Source: a virus
Lineage: Duplodnaviria; Caudoviricetes
DNA: 64,000 nucleotides
IMG/VR virus record: IMGVR_UViG_3300021255_003843
Coordinates: 1-64,000 of that record
Reading direction: 5' to 3' (one strand)
Shown: in pieces, positions 17,988 through 26,135 of the stretch
Numbering within the stretch: the first letter of the stretch is position 1
How the letters are laid out: each line of letters begins with the position of its first letter
The notes under the pieces: generated by a model
Told to the model about the DNA's origin: nothing
The model's input: only the letters and a program-made list of their open reading frames with translations
Databases searched by the model: none
Translations under genes and position numbers: made by a program

Positions 17988-18533
17988 ATGGCAGATAAAT
18001 CACATAAAGTTCTGATCGTCGTCGACATGCAGAATGATTTCATCAACGGTGCGCTCGGCACGAAAGAGGCTGAGGCCATCGTGCCGAGCGTCGTCAAACG
18101 CATCGAGGAATGTAAGGCGGAAGGACGCACGATCATTGTCACCCTCGATACTCATCAGGAAAATTACATGGACACCAGGGAAGGCAAGCATCTTCCGGTG
18201 CCGCACTGCATCGAAAACACAGAGGGCTGGAAGCTGCATCCCGATGTCGAGAAGGCGCTTCACGGTTACCTCCCTAAATACTATATTCCTAAACCAAGCT
18301 TTGGTACGCCAAACATTATCGATCCAATCGCCGCCATTAAGAGCGACGATGTGGAGATCGAGCTCATCGGTCTGTGCACCGACATCTGTGTCGTATCCAA
18401 TGCACTGCTGCTGAAAGCATTCTTCCCGGAAAACGAAATCAGTGTTCGCGCTTCCTGCTGCGCCGGCGTTACGCCCGCCTTGCATCAGGAAGCGCTTGAC
18501 ACGATGCGTTCCTGTCAGATCAACATTCTGTGA
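17988..18533 (+). CDS. pncA: Nicotinamidase (isochorismatase family)
   Basis: VVDMQNDF, DTH, PHC, K..FG, GLCTDICV; operon context. Confidence 0.9.
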   Translation: MADKSHKVLIVVDMQNDFINGALGTKEAEAIVPSVVKRIEECKAEGRTIIVTLDTHQENYMDTREGKHLPVPHCIENTEGWKLHPDVEKALHGYLPKYYIPKPSFGTPNIIDPIAAIKSDDVEIELIGLCTDICVVSNALLLKAFFPENEISVRASCCAGVTPALHQEALDTMRSCQINIL

Positions 18534-18540
18534 GGCATCT

Positions 18541-19347
18541 ATGAATGAGTATACGTTCGATGCGGTGAAAGCGAGAGATAATCTTGTCGCCGCAATACAA
18601 AACCTCGCGAAAGAGCAAAGCTTCTCCCGAGTCGTCATCGGCATCTCCGGCGGCAAGGATTCTACCGTTGCCGCCGCGCTGTGCGTCCGTGCCCTCGGCC
18701 CGGACAACGTGCTCGGCATTCTGATGCCTGACAGGCAGCAGCGTGAAGACGATTTTCGGGACAGCCTGCGCGTGTGTGAAAGCCTGCACATCCCGTATCG
18801 TACTGTCAGCATTTCTCAGATGCACAAAGATCTGCTCAGCGCTGTCGGCATCGAAGCCGGCGGACCGTTTAACGCTGATCTCTTCCAGAATCTTCTCGAT
18901 CAGGAAAGCAAGATATATTATAACAAGACAGCGGATATTAACGTCGGGCCCCGTCTGCGTATGACAGTGCTCCGTTATATCACGCAATCGATTGGCGGTC
19001 GCCTCGTCGGCACAGGCAATTTGTCTGAAAGCACGGTTGGCTATTGCACAAAAGACGGCGACACGTCCTGCGATTTCTCTTTGCTCGGCAAGCTCACCAG
19101 CATAGAGGTCGTCGAGATCGGTTTGACAATGGAAGAGCTGCCGCAAGATCTCGTGCTGAAAACGCCGTCCGATGGATTGTGCGGTATTTCGGACGAAGAG
19201 AAGCTGGGCGTTTCTTATGAAGCGATCCACAATTATATCCGCAATCCGATCGACATCAACGACCTGGTTAATCATAAGATCGCTCAACTCGAAGCGGCGA
19301 GCCGCCACAAGCGGGCGATGCCGCTGGTATTGGAGCCGTTTGCATGA
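18541..19347 (+). CDS. nadE: NH3-dependent NAD+ synthetase
   Basis: GISGGKDS, N..PRLRM, GTGNLSE, GYCTKDGD, PSDGL, DEEKLG; no glutaminase domain. Confidence 0.93.
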   Translation: MNEYTFDAVKARDNLVAAIQNLAKEQSFSRVVIGISGGKDSTVAAALCVRALGPDNVLGILMPDRQQREDDFRDSLRVCESLHIPYRTVSISQMHKDLLSAVGIEAGGPFNADLFQNLLDQESKIYYNKTADINVGPRLRMTVLRYITQSIGGRLVGTGNLSESTVGYCTKDGDTSCDFSLLGKLTSIEVVEIGLTMEELPQDLVLKTPSDGLCGISDEEKLGVSYEAIHNYIRNPIDINDLVNHKIAQLEAASRHKRAMPLVLEPFA

Positions 19348-20003
19348 TCAAAAACAAAATAGCATTCTATGGCGCGTTCAACCCACCAACGTGGGCGCAT
19401 GTCCACATCGCTCAGGCAGTGCAAAGACAGCTCAGCAATACGGGCAACGTCGTTGAAATCGTCTTCGTACCTTCGCGGGCTGACTACATCCTCAAAGAGC
19501 AGCATAAAAACTTGGCCTTCGAATCATATGATCGCGCGGTCATGCTGATGAGATTATGCGGCGTCATGAAAAACATGCGCGTATCTATCGTAGACATAGC
19601 TGCAGATCATCAGCCTCGCACCTATGAAAGCCTGTGCATGCTCAGAAATCGTGGGGAAAATTGCAGCCTGTTGATCGGAGCCGACCAGTTGCTTACCTTT
19701 GAAACGGGCTGGAAGAATCCAGATAAAATACTGGAAGAATTCGGCTTGGTTTGTGTATCTCGCGGCGACGTGAACGCGCATGAGATCATCGAGAAAAGCC
19801 CTCTGCTGCAAGCGCACATCGACAACATCGCAGTTGTCGATGTGCCGGAAAAAATCAAGGACATCTCGTCTACAAAAATACGTGAGATCCTCATGCGAAA
19901 GACAATAGACGAGAAGGCGATGAAGGAGCTGGAAACATTGATGCCGCCTATGCTGATCGGCTACGTGATGAACAGCTATGAACGCGCTACAAAAGGAGAA
20001 TAA
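19344..20003 (+). CDS. nadD: Nicotinate/nicotinamide mononucleotide adenylyltransferase
   Basis: GAFNPPTWAH (T/HxxH), LIGAD, W, ISSTKIRE. Confidence 0.9.
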   Translation: MIKNKIAFYGAFNPPTWAHVHIAQAVQRQLSNTGNVVEIVFVPSRADYILKEQHKNLAFESYDRAVMLMRLCGVMKNMRVSIVDIAADHQPRTYESLCMLRNRGENCSLLIGADQLLTFETGWKNPDKILEEFGLVCVSRGDVNAHEIIEKSPLLQAHIDNIAVVDVPEKIKDISSTKIREILMRKTIDEKAMKELETLMPPMLIGYVMNSYERATKGE

Positions 20004-20004
20004 T

Positions 20005-21201
20005 ATGGCATTGCCTTATATTATTGAATCACTGTTGGACACCGATTTGTATAAGTTCAATATGAATCAGGTGATCTTTCACAAACACACTGATCTGTAC
20101 GGTGAATACGATTTCAAGTGCAGAAACTCCGGCGTCATTTTTACGCCGGAGATGCTGCAGGAGATCGAACGCCAGGTAGACCACCTGTGCACGCTACGAT
20201 TCACAGAAGAAGAGCTTAACTATCTGCACACGATTCGCTTCCTAAAGCCGGATTACATTGAGTTCCTGCGGTTGTGGCACCCGATCCGTGACTACGTGTC
20301 AATGTCACTGTCTGAAGACGGCCAGCTTTCTGTCACAGTGCACGGCCCGATCTTCTCATGCATGCAGTTCGAGATCTACCTGCTGGAAATCATCAACGAA
20401 GTTTATTTCCGCATGGAATATGATTACGACAAGCTCGTCGCCTCCGCGCAGCTGCGCCTCGATAAGAAGATCGAAGCTTTCCAGAAAAGGATCTACAACT
20501 TCCGTTTCGCGGAGTTTGGCTGCCGTCGTCGCCTGTCTCGAGAGTGGGAAGACCACGTAGTCAAGACCTTTGCCGAAAAGACCACGGCCATGGTAGGCAC
20601 GTCAAACGTCTACCTCGCCATGAAGTACGGCCTGAAGCCTATCGGCACTTACGCGCATGAATATGTGCAGATGTACCAGGGCATCGACAAGATCCCGCTG
20701 GCGTATACGAACTACTACGCTCTGAAGGATTGGTACAACGAGTACCGTGGCGATAACGGAACCGCCTTAACCGACACGATCACTACCGATCTGTTCCTGC
20801 TAGACTTCGATCGCTCGATGGTTAACAACTTCACCGGCGTTCGTCATGACAGCGGCAACCCTATCACCTGGGGCGAGAAGATCATCAAGCATTATGAGAA
20901 ATACGGTGTCGATCCGAAGACGAAGACGCTGCTGTTCAGTGATAGCCTGAACTTCAAGAGAGCGCAGACGCTGTACGATTACTTCAAGGATCGCGCAAAC
21001 GTCTCCTTCGGCATCGGCACTTATGTCTCCAACGATACTGAGGTGGATCCGCTGAACATTGTCATCAAGCTGCAGCAGGTCAACGGTAATCCGGTTGCAA
21101 AGCTGTCAGACAGTGATGGTAAATCGATGTGCCGCAGCCCTGAATACCTTGAATACTTGCGCTCTGCGGTCAACTTCAGGCTTGCAAGACAGAGTCAATG
21201 A
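20005..21201 (+). CDS. pncB: Nicotinate phosphoribosyltransferase
   Basis: SLLDTDLYKF, EFGCRRR, GTSNV, GTYAHE, GVRHDSG, FSDSL, FGIGT, AKLSD. Confidence 0.95.
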   Translation: MALPYIIESLLDTDLYKFNMNQVIFHKHTDLYGEYDFKCRNSGVIFTPEMLQEIERQVDHLCTLRFTEEELNYLHTIRFLKPDYIEFLRLWHPIRDYVSMSLSEDGQLSVTVHGPIFSCMQFEIYLLEIINEVYFRMEYDYDKLVASAQLRLDKKIEAFQKRIYNFRFAEFGCRRRLSREWEDHVVKTFAEKTTAMVGTSNVYLAMKYGLKPIGTYAHEYVQMYQGIDKIPLAYTNYYALKDWYNEYRGDNGTALTDTITTDLFLLDFDRSMVNNFTGVRHDSGNPITWGEKIIKHYEKYGVDPKTKTLLFSDSLNFKRAQTLYDYFKDRANVSFGIGTYVSNDTEVDPLNIVIKLQQVNGNPVAKLSDSDGKSMCRSPEYLEYLRSAVNFRLARQSQ

Positions 21202-21479
21202 AAACTGAACACGATGCTGAGTACGCAAAAGGTGACGAGATTACAGCGATAGTTACAGGACCGGAAGATAAACAAAAGCAAGAGTATAGATTCCGCATTG
21301 TAGATAATCCGTTCGTTCTATGGAGCAGCAATCTCATCATGTATTACTGCAAAAGGCTGAGAGACGATGGATCGAACCTTCCGCCGGAACAGCTGTGGAT
21401 CATACCTGAAACTTTTATAACCGAGCTCGTCGGACCAAAGTCCAAGATCACACCTATGAACACAGAAGGACTTTTGTAA
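21198..21479 (+). CDS. Small SH3/KOW-like protein (divergent paralog)
   Basis: YAKGDEI..., WIIPETFI, C-terminus TEGLL. Confidence 0.65.
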   Translation: MKTEHDAEYAKGDEITAIVTGPEDKQKQEYRFRIVDNPFVLWSSNLIMYYCKRLRDDGSNLPPEQLWIIPETFITELVGPKSKITPMNTEGLL

Positions 21480-21488
21480 GGAGAATAT

Positions 21489-22463
21489 ATGAAACTGATA
21501 TTTCTCGATGTTGACGGCGTGCTCAATTATTCTCATTGCGAGGCGTCCGTCGGAGGCTTCTGCGGCGTTGAACCGGAGAAAGTGAAGCTGCTTAAGCAAA
21601 TCGTCGACGCCACCGGAGCGAAGCTGGTACTTAGCTCTACCTGGCGAAGGCATATCCCGGTCGGGATTCCTCTCGAAGCGCAGACAGATCCCTTCGCCTG
21701 CGAGCTGCTATCAAAGCTCGCAGACGAAGGCTTAAAGCTGTACGACATGACATCTACGGAAATCGAAGACGGCAACCGCAAGAAGCAGATCACCGCGCTG
21801 ATCGACCGGTATGTCAAGAGCGGACAGCCTGTTGAAAGCTGGGTCGTTCTTGATGACGATATCTTTGATGGATTCACTGAGAAGGATTTTAAAAAACACT
21901 TCGTCAAAACAAGCTTCTATGATCGCGGCCTGTGTGAAAGCCACGTGAAGAAAGCGATCTGCATCCTGAACGGAAGCGAAGACGAGAACAGCGGCCTGTT
22001 CTTCCTTGAGCCGATGCTCGTTCCGCAAGGCTGGGGCGCACTTGTCGAAGCTCTCGACAAGAACATCGAAGAATGGACCGAGACGGGCGACATAACCGGA
22101 TTCTCTGTTGTCGATTTCAAAGAAAAGTACGGCGAACTTCGTCTATACTATGATTGTCACTGTGCAAGCAAGAAAGTCCGCGATGATTTCGATGAAATGA
22201 TCGAGGACTATGCTTACGTCAGCGGCTTCACTTGCGCTAACTGCGGCGCGTTCCCGGTAGGCCAGACCGCCGAGGGCTGGACACTGCCGCTGTGCGAGAA
22301 ATGCGCGGATGGCAGGCCTATAGAACCAAGGGAGTTCGACGTCAAACGCCATTTTCGGCGTTATGATCCGAAGAAAGGCTGGACCGAGGAAGAGCGCAAC
22401 GTCTCCGACGTGATTCGAAGGGTTGGCCTTTGCAGAAAGGAATCGGAAGATGCAAAAATATAA
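21489..22463 (+). CDS. HAD phosphatase (RNA-repair HAD_SAK_2-like) fused to a KEKYGxLR/Zn-finger domain
   Basis: IFLDVDGVLN, VLSSTWR, VVLDDD; C-terminal KEKYGELRLY, CANC, CEKC. Confidence 0.82.
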   Translation: MKLIFLDVDGVLNYSHCEASVGGFCGVEPEKVKLLKQIVDATGAKLVLSSTWRRHIPVGIPLEAQTDPFACELLSKLADEGLKLYDMTSTEIEDGNRKKQITALIDRYVKSGQPVESWVVLDDDIFDGFTEKDFKKHFVKTSFYDRGLCESHVKKAICILNGSEDENSGLFFLEPMLVPQGWGALVEALDKNIEEWTETGDITGFSVVDFKEKYGELRLYYDCHCASKKVRDDFDEMIEDYAYVSGFTCANCGAFPVGQTAEGWTLPLCEKCADGRPIEPREFDVKRHFRRYDPKKGWTEEERNVSDVIRRVGLCRKESEDAKI

Positions 22464-22719
22464 ACGTGGAGATCGCGTCAGAATCAGAGACGAATGGGAT
22501 CCAGATGGTTTATGTTGTCAAAATTTAGATGGTTATATGGACAAATATCTCGGAACGGTTGCGACAATATACGCTTACAATGGATTAACTTATTCCATCG
22601 AAGAGGACCAGCTCGATCCACAAAGATACGGTCGCGGGTGGGTGTGGAAAGATTGCTGCTTTGTCGGCTTAGCAGAAGATGCTGATGAGTTCGGCAAAAG
22701 CTGTGCTTCGCTTTTCTAA
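22450..22719 (+). CDS. Small SH3/KOW-like protein (paralog family)
   Basis: KYKRGDRV, YSIEED, GWVWKDCCFVGL. Confidence 0.75.
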   Translation: MQKYKRGDRVRIRDEWDPDGLCCQNLDGYMDKYLGTVATIYAYNGLTYSIEEDQLDPQRYGRGWVWKDCCFVGLAEDADEFGKSCASLF

Positions 22720-22732
22720 TAACGTAGCTTAC

Positions 22733-22771
22733 GGGCCGCCTTTTCATCAAGAAAAAGGCGGCCCTATTTTT
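22733..22771 (+). terminator. Rho-independent terminator
   Basis: GGGCCGCCTTTT/AAAAGGCGGCCC stem followed by TATTTTT. Confidence 0.8.
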
Positions 22772-22817
22772 AATCAACATTTTGCCGGCGTCGGCAAAAT
22801 GTTATGTAAATTTTCCT

Positions 22818-22907
22818 GATAATTTATCTGCAAAACTCAAGCTGTATTTTTACCCTACCAAGTTATCAGGTAACAATAGACATCTTGTCTGATTCAGATA
22901 GATTATC
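22818..22907. promoter_or_regulatory. Cluster of GATAAnTTATC-like operator sites
   Basis: GATAATTTATC 22818, ACCAAGTTATC 22857, GATAGATTATC 22897; the same motifs recur at 24782-24849. Confidence 0.5.
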
Positions 22908-22949
22908 AGAAAAAATAGAGCAAAACACATACAGAAAGGAGCTCATCAA

Positions 22950-23213
22950 ATGTCCCGATTGAACCATGGAGACAAAGTAAAGGTCGATCTTGATATTGGA
23001 ATTGGATGGGCTGACAAAAAGCTAGCTCTCAATCACCAGGTCGTAACGATTGATTCATTTGTAGGCTACTGGGTAGACGACGAGCGGCGCTTAAGCAGCA
23101 CCAATGATGGAAAAAGTTTGGAAACTTACAGCATCGTCGAAGACGGTGGACAGTTTCTTTATCCATTAGATAATTTTAATATGTTGTCTCGGGAGGTTGA
23201 TCAGCTTTTATGA
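22950..23213 (+). CDS. Small SH3/KOW-like protein (paralog family)
   Basis: AAAGGAG RBS; HGDKVKV, VVTI, YSIVEDG, C-terminus VDQLL. Confidence 0.75.
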   Translation: MSRLNHGDKVKVDLDIGIGWADKKLALNHQVVTIDSFVGYWVDDERRLSSTNDGKSLETYSIVEDGGQFLYPLDNFNMLSREVDQLL

Positions 23214-23563
23214 TAGAAGGCGTAACAATACTCAATCAGGTAGAACAATGGAATCCTCAAAATATTGCAGGTTTATTCTGTTGTGCTATTTTGATTGTCA
23301 TATCAATAATCGGCTTAGTAACTATCTTTAAAGATTTTGATTCAACAACTATTGGCATGATAATAATGCAAATCGTTGCGGCAATTTTATTAGCAGCAAT
23401 ACTACTCATAACTATAGCTACCATCGTCGTAATAATCAATTTGCGCGAAACTATCGTGCAAGCTGCAATAGACGATTCCGCATCCTTTGTCAAAATCAAT
23501 GAAGTCTATAAGTTTATCAGACAAGAAGGACAGATCTACATCCTCCAGCTGAAAACGCCTTGA
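23210..23563 (+). CDS. Two-TM membrane protein
   Basis: GGAGG RBS; two hydrophobic stretches; AT-rich. Confidence 0.75.
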   Translation: MIEGVTILNQVEQWNPQNIAGLFCCAILIVISIIGLVTIFKDFDSTTIGMIIMQIVAAILLAAILLITIATIVVIINLRETIVQAAIDDSASFVKINEVYKFIRQEGQIYILQLKTP

Positions 23564-23580
23564 CTTGAATAGGAGTTTAC

Positions 23581-23805
23581 ATGTTATTCAAAAGATTCCG
23601 CAAAAAGCATGGGCTGTATGATCTCCGAAAAGAAGTAGTCGCGTGGGTCGAAAAGAACATCGGCGCTGAATACGTTGACGAAGCACTTGATAAATATGAC
23701 AAACTAAACAGCGGCACTCCAATCGGAGGGTTTCAAGAAACAATAGCATTTCTCCATATGATCGAACAAGTCAAAGCAGAGGCACTGACTAAAATAACAC
23801 TGTGA
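23581..23805 (+). CDS. Hypothetical protein
   Basis: AGGAG RBS. Confidence 0.7.
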   Translation: MLFKRFRKKHGLYDLRKEVVAWVEKNIGAEYVDEALDKYDKLNSGTPIGGFQETIAFLHMIEQVKAEALTKITL

Positions 23806-23809
23806 GTAA

Positions 23810-23918
23810 CCGACAGCCATGCTGGTGTGAGAGGGTGGTAGGATACCCGGCCTCTGAAAGCTGTCGGCGTGATAGAGGGTACGGGACCTGTCAACGGTGG
23901 CAAGTCCCAACCTCGTAC
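23810..23918 (+). ncRNA. Putative small structured RNA (two stem-loops)
   Basis: CCGACAGC/GCTGTCGG enclosing GAGG/CCTC; a second stem GAGG..GGGAC/GTCCC..CCTC. Confidence 0.4.
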
Positions 23919-23986
23919 ATCAATAAAATAGTATATTAAATCAGATCATTTTCGTAATACTACGAAAAAGATAACAAGGAGAAACA

Positions 23987-24373
23987 ATGAAGAAATTCTA
24001 CATCATCATCACGTTCTGTCTGCTCTTCGCGTGCGTTGCGATCGCTGAAGAGCAGACAGTTTCCAACATCATCAAGCCCGATCCTTCTATCGAGCTGCTT
24101 ACACCGACGCCTGCGCCTACGCCTGAACCGACACCGGTTCCGAAACGGGTAACCATCGCCACGAACCGTAAGTCCGTGATGGAAGAAGGCGCTACTGTCA
24201 CGTTGACGAGCAAACTCGAAGGTTTCGAGGGCTGCGAGGTGCACTATCAGTGGCAGCGAGACAGGGGCAACGGTTTCGAAGACATGCCAGGCGCAACCAG
24301 CGCCACGTATTCTTTTGCCGCCACAGCTGAAACATTAAGCTGGGGCTGGCGTCTTATCGTATACTACAAATAA
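23987..24373 (+). CDS. Secreted protein: signal peptide, Pro/Thr linker, Ig-like domain
   Basis: MKKFYIIITFCLLFACVAIA-; TPTPAPTPEPTP; YQWQR...GATSATYSF. Confidence 0.8.
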   Translation: MKKFYIIITFCLLFACVAIAEEQTVSNIIKPDPSIELLTPTPAPTPEPTPVPKRVTIATNRKSVMEEGATVTLTSKLEGFEGCEVHYQWQRDRGNGFEDMPGATSATYSFAATAETLSWGWRLIVYYK

Positions 24374-24431
24374 TACGTTCCTCATACGCCTCTGACGCAA
24401 GCGCACCACTTGAGGACATATGTATTGCAAT

Positions 24432-24457
24432 AGCCGCCGTGCTCGAGCACGGCGGCT
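24432..24457. terminator. Perfect 26-bp palindrome between convergent genes
   Basis: AGCCGCCGTGCTCGAGCACGGCGGCT. Confidence 0.55.
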
Positions 24458-24528
24458 TGCAAACGCGCTGTTGTTATCTTATTTGCGCTGACCCAATATT
24501 CTTCCTCCTTAAAACTCTCCTCCCGAAA

Positions 24529-24639
24529 TTAGATCTTTCGACCTAAAAGCTGAAGTGCAACGAGGATTCCTGCCAATAAATAATACAAGATACTGATGAT
24601 ATTCAGAGCAACGTCTGAAATCGTCTTAAATCTTTCCAT
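24529..24639 (-). CDS. 36-aa hydrophobic peptide, type I toxin-like
   Basis: MERFKTISDVALNIISILYYLLAGILVALQLLGRKI; AAGGAAGTG RBS; own promoter. Confidence 0.65.
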   Translation of the reverse strand: MERFKTISDVALNIISILYYLLAGILVALQLLGRKI

Positions 24640-24702
24640 CGCAGCACTTCCTTTCCGTCGGAAAGCGCGGAAGAAAATAATCAACAACGCATTTACGATA
24701 GC

Positions 24703-24731
24703 ATTATACCGCATCAGCGGCAGCAGCGCAA
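24703..24731 (-). promoter_or_regulatory. sigmaA-type promoter for the 36-aa peptide
   Basis: TTGCGC-17 nt-TATAAT on the minus strand. Confidence 0.65.
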
Positions 24732-24736
24732 TTTTA

Positions 24737-24786
24737 TAGGCCTACTTTTGTAAGAAAAATATCTACAAAAGTAGGCCTAATTTTTT
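24737..24786. terminator. 16-bp inverted repeat with T tract
   Basis: TAGGCCTACTTTTGTA/TACAAAAGTAGGCCTA followed by a T run. Confidence 0.6.
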
Positions 24787-24831
24787 ACCCACACAAGTTA
24801 TCCACCGATCTCCAACATAAAAAGTTTTTCA

Positions 24832-24871
24832 GATAACTTATCTGCAAAAGTTAGAAAGAAAGTGGTACTAT
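24832..24871 (+). promoter_or_regulatory. Candidate int promoter (extended -10) with adjacent GATAACTTATC palindrome
   Basis: TGgTACTAT at 24863-24871; palindrome at 24832-24842. Confidence 0.4.
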
Positions 24872-25055
24872 ACAGCAAGCACAAGTGTTCGATCCGGTTA
24901 CCGCCATTGACAACCATGCGCAGCACAGCTATACTGAAATTGATCTGCAGGCTCTCGTAAAGCAAACTGTACAAACTACTTTACGGGAACTCTCTTCAGC
25001 GCAGCTTGACAACGGCATAGATTGTACTTTTGATGTATCGAAAGGAGCAACCGAT

Positions 25056-26135
25056 ATGTCAAAAGAAGTCCGTCGCGTCATTGTTGGGTACAACGACGAC
25101 GGAACACCAGTTATCAAACGTCTGACGGCCGCCAATCAGTATGAGATGAACGATCGTATCGTGCAAGAATACATCAGCAATGGCCGCATCAGAGAATTTC
25201 TTGATACACAGGAGAAGCCAAAGCCCACGATTTCGTTCAAAGAGTATGCGGAGCGGTGGCTTGACACCTATATCGTCACCAGAAAGCCTAACACCATCGC
25301 CACCTACAAGAAAATCCTGCGGGCAATCCTGCCTGACTTTGGAGATCAGAACCTGGCAGACATTACAACCAACGAAATCCAGCTTTATCTCAACAAAAAC
25401 AAGGACCTGTCAAAGAAAACGCTGAAGGAACGCCTTGCCCGCATCGCTCAGATCCTCGACAGCGCAAAGGAAGACGGCTTGATCGAAGCGAACCCGGCGA
25501 AATCAAGGCGTCTTGTGATCCCGACAGACAAACAGCAGGTCCGCGAGGCAATTCCGCTTGATGTCATGCGTACAATCATACAGAAATCTGCACAGCTGGA
25601 CGAGAAAAGCAAACGCCTGCTGCTTCTTTTGATCACCACCGGCGGCCGCAGAGGAGAAGTGCTCGGTCTGCAATGGCAGGACATCGACGTAGAGAACAAT
25701 CTGATCCATATCCGCCGCAATGTGACCCACGCTAACGGCAACGTACCCGTCATCGGCACGCCAAAAACCAAAGCCGGAATCAGAGATGTGCCCTATGAAG
25801 TCGCCATCAGATCTATTGTTGATCCAACAGGCCGTCAGCCAGACGCTTTCATCCTTGAAGGCGGCGAACCAACGCAGCCCATGACCATGACCATGTACAA
25901 CAACACCTGGCATCGGATTCTGAAACAAATTCCAGAGCTCAAACCATACTCGGCCCACTACTTTAGGCACACCTACACGACACTGCTGAGTGAGTACACC
26001 GACGCCACACCGAAAACCATCCAGGCCCTTGCCGGTCACAAAGACATACGCACAACAATGTCCATTTATGAACATTCACGCAAGGAAAATCTGGAAAAAG
26101 CGAACGCTGATATGCACAATCTGTTATTTGCATAA
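25056..26135 (+). CDS. int: Tyrosine integrase
   Basis: AAAGGAG RBS before ATG 25056; catalytic R (TGGRRGE), K (TPKT), HYFRH, AGH, Y (TMSIY). Confidence 0.95.
   Translation: MSKEVRRVIVGYNDDGTPVIKRLTAANQYEMNDRIVQEYISNGRIREFLDTQEKPKPTISFKEYAERWLDTYIVTRKPNTIATYKKILRAILPDFGDQNLADITTNEIQLYLNKNKDLSKKTLKERLARIAQILDSAKEDGLIEANPAKSRRLVIPTDKQQVREAIPLDVMRTIIQKSAQLDEKSKRLLLLLITTGGRRGEVLGLQWQDIDVENNLIHIRRNVTHANGNVPVIGTPKTKAGIRDVPYEVAIRSIVDPTGRQPDAFILEGGEPTQPMTMTMYNNTWHRILKQIPELKPYSAHYFRHTYTTLLSEYTDATPKTIQALAGHKDIRTTMSIYEHSRKENLEKANADMHNLLFA

Noticed and set aside
23810-23867. Hammerhead ribozyme suggested by GAAA before the closing stem
   Set aside because: No CUGANGA core and no UH cleavage site.
24798-24806. 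DnaA box-like TTATCCACC
   Set aside because: Single mismatched copy, better explained as part of the repeated CAAGTTATC motif.
24885-25055. 57-aa N-terminal extension of the integrase in the ORF track
   Set aside because: No RBS at the GTG; a strong AAAGGAG precedes ATG 25056. Not fully excluded.
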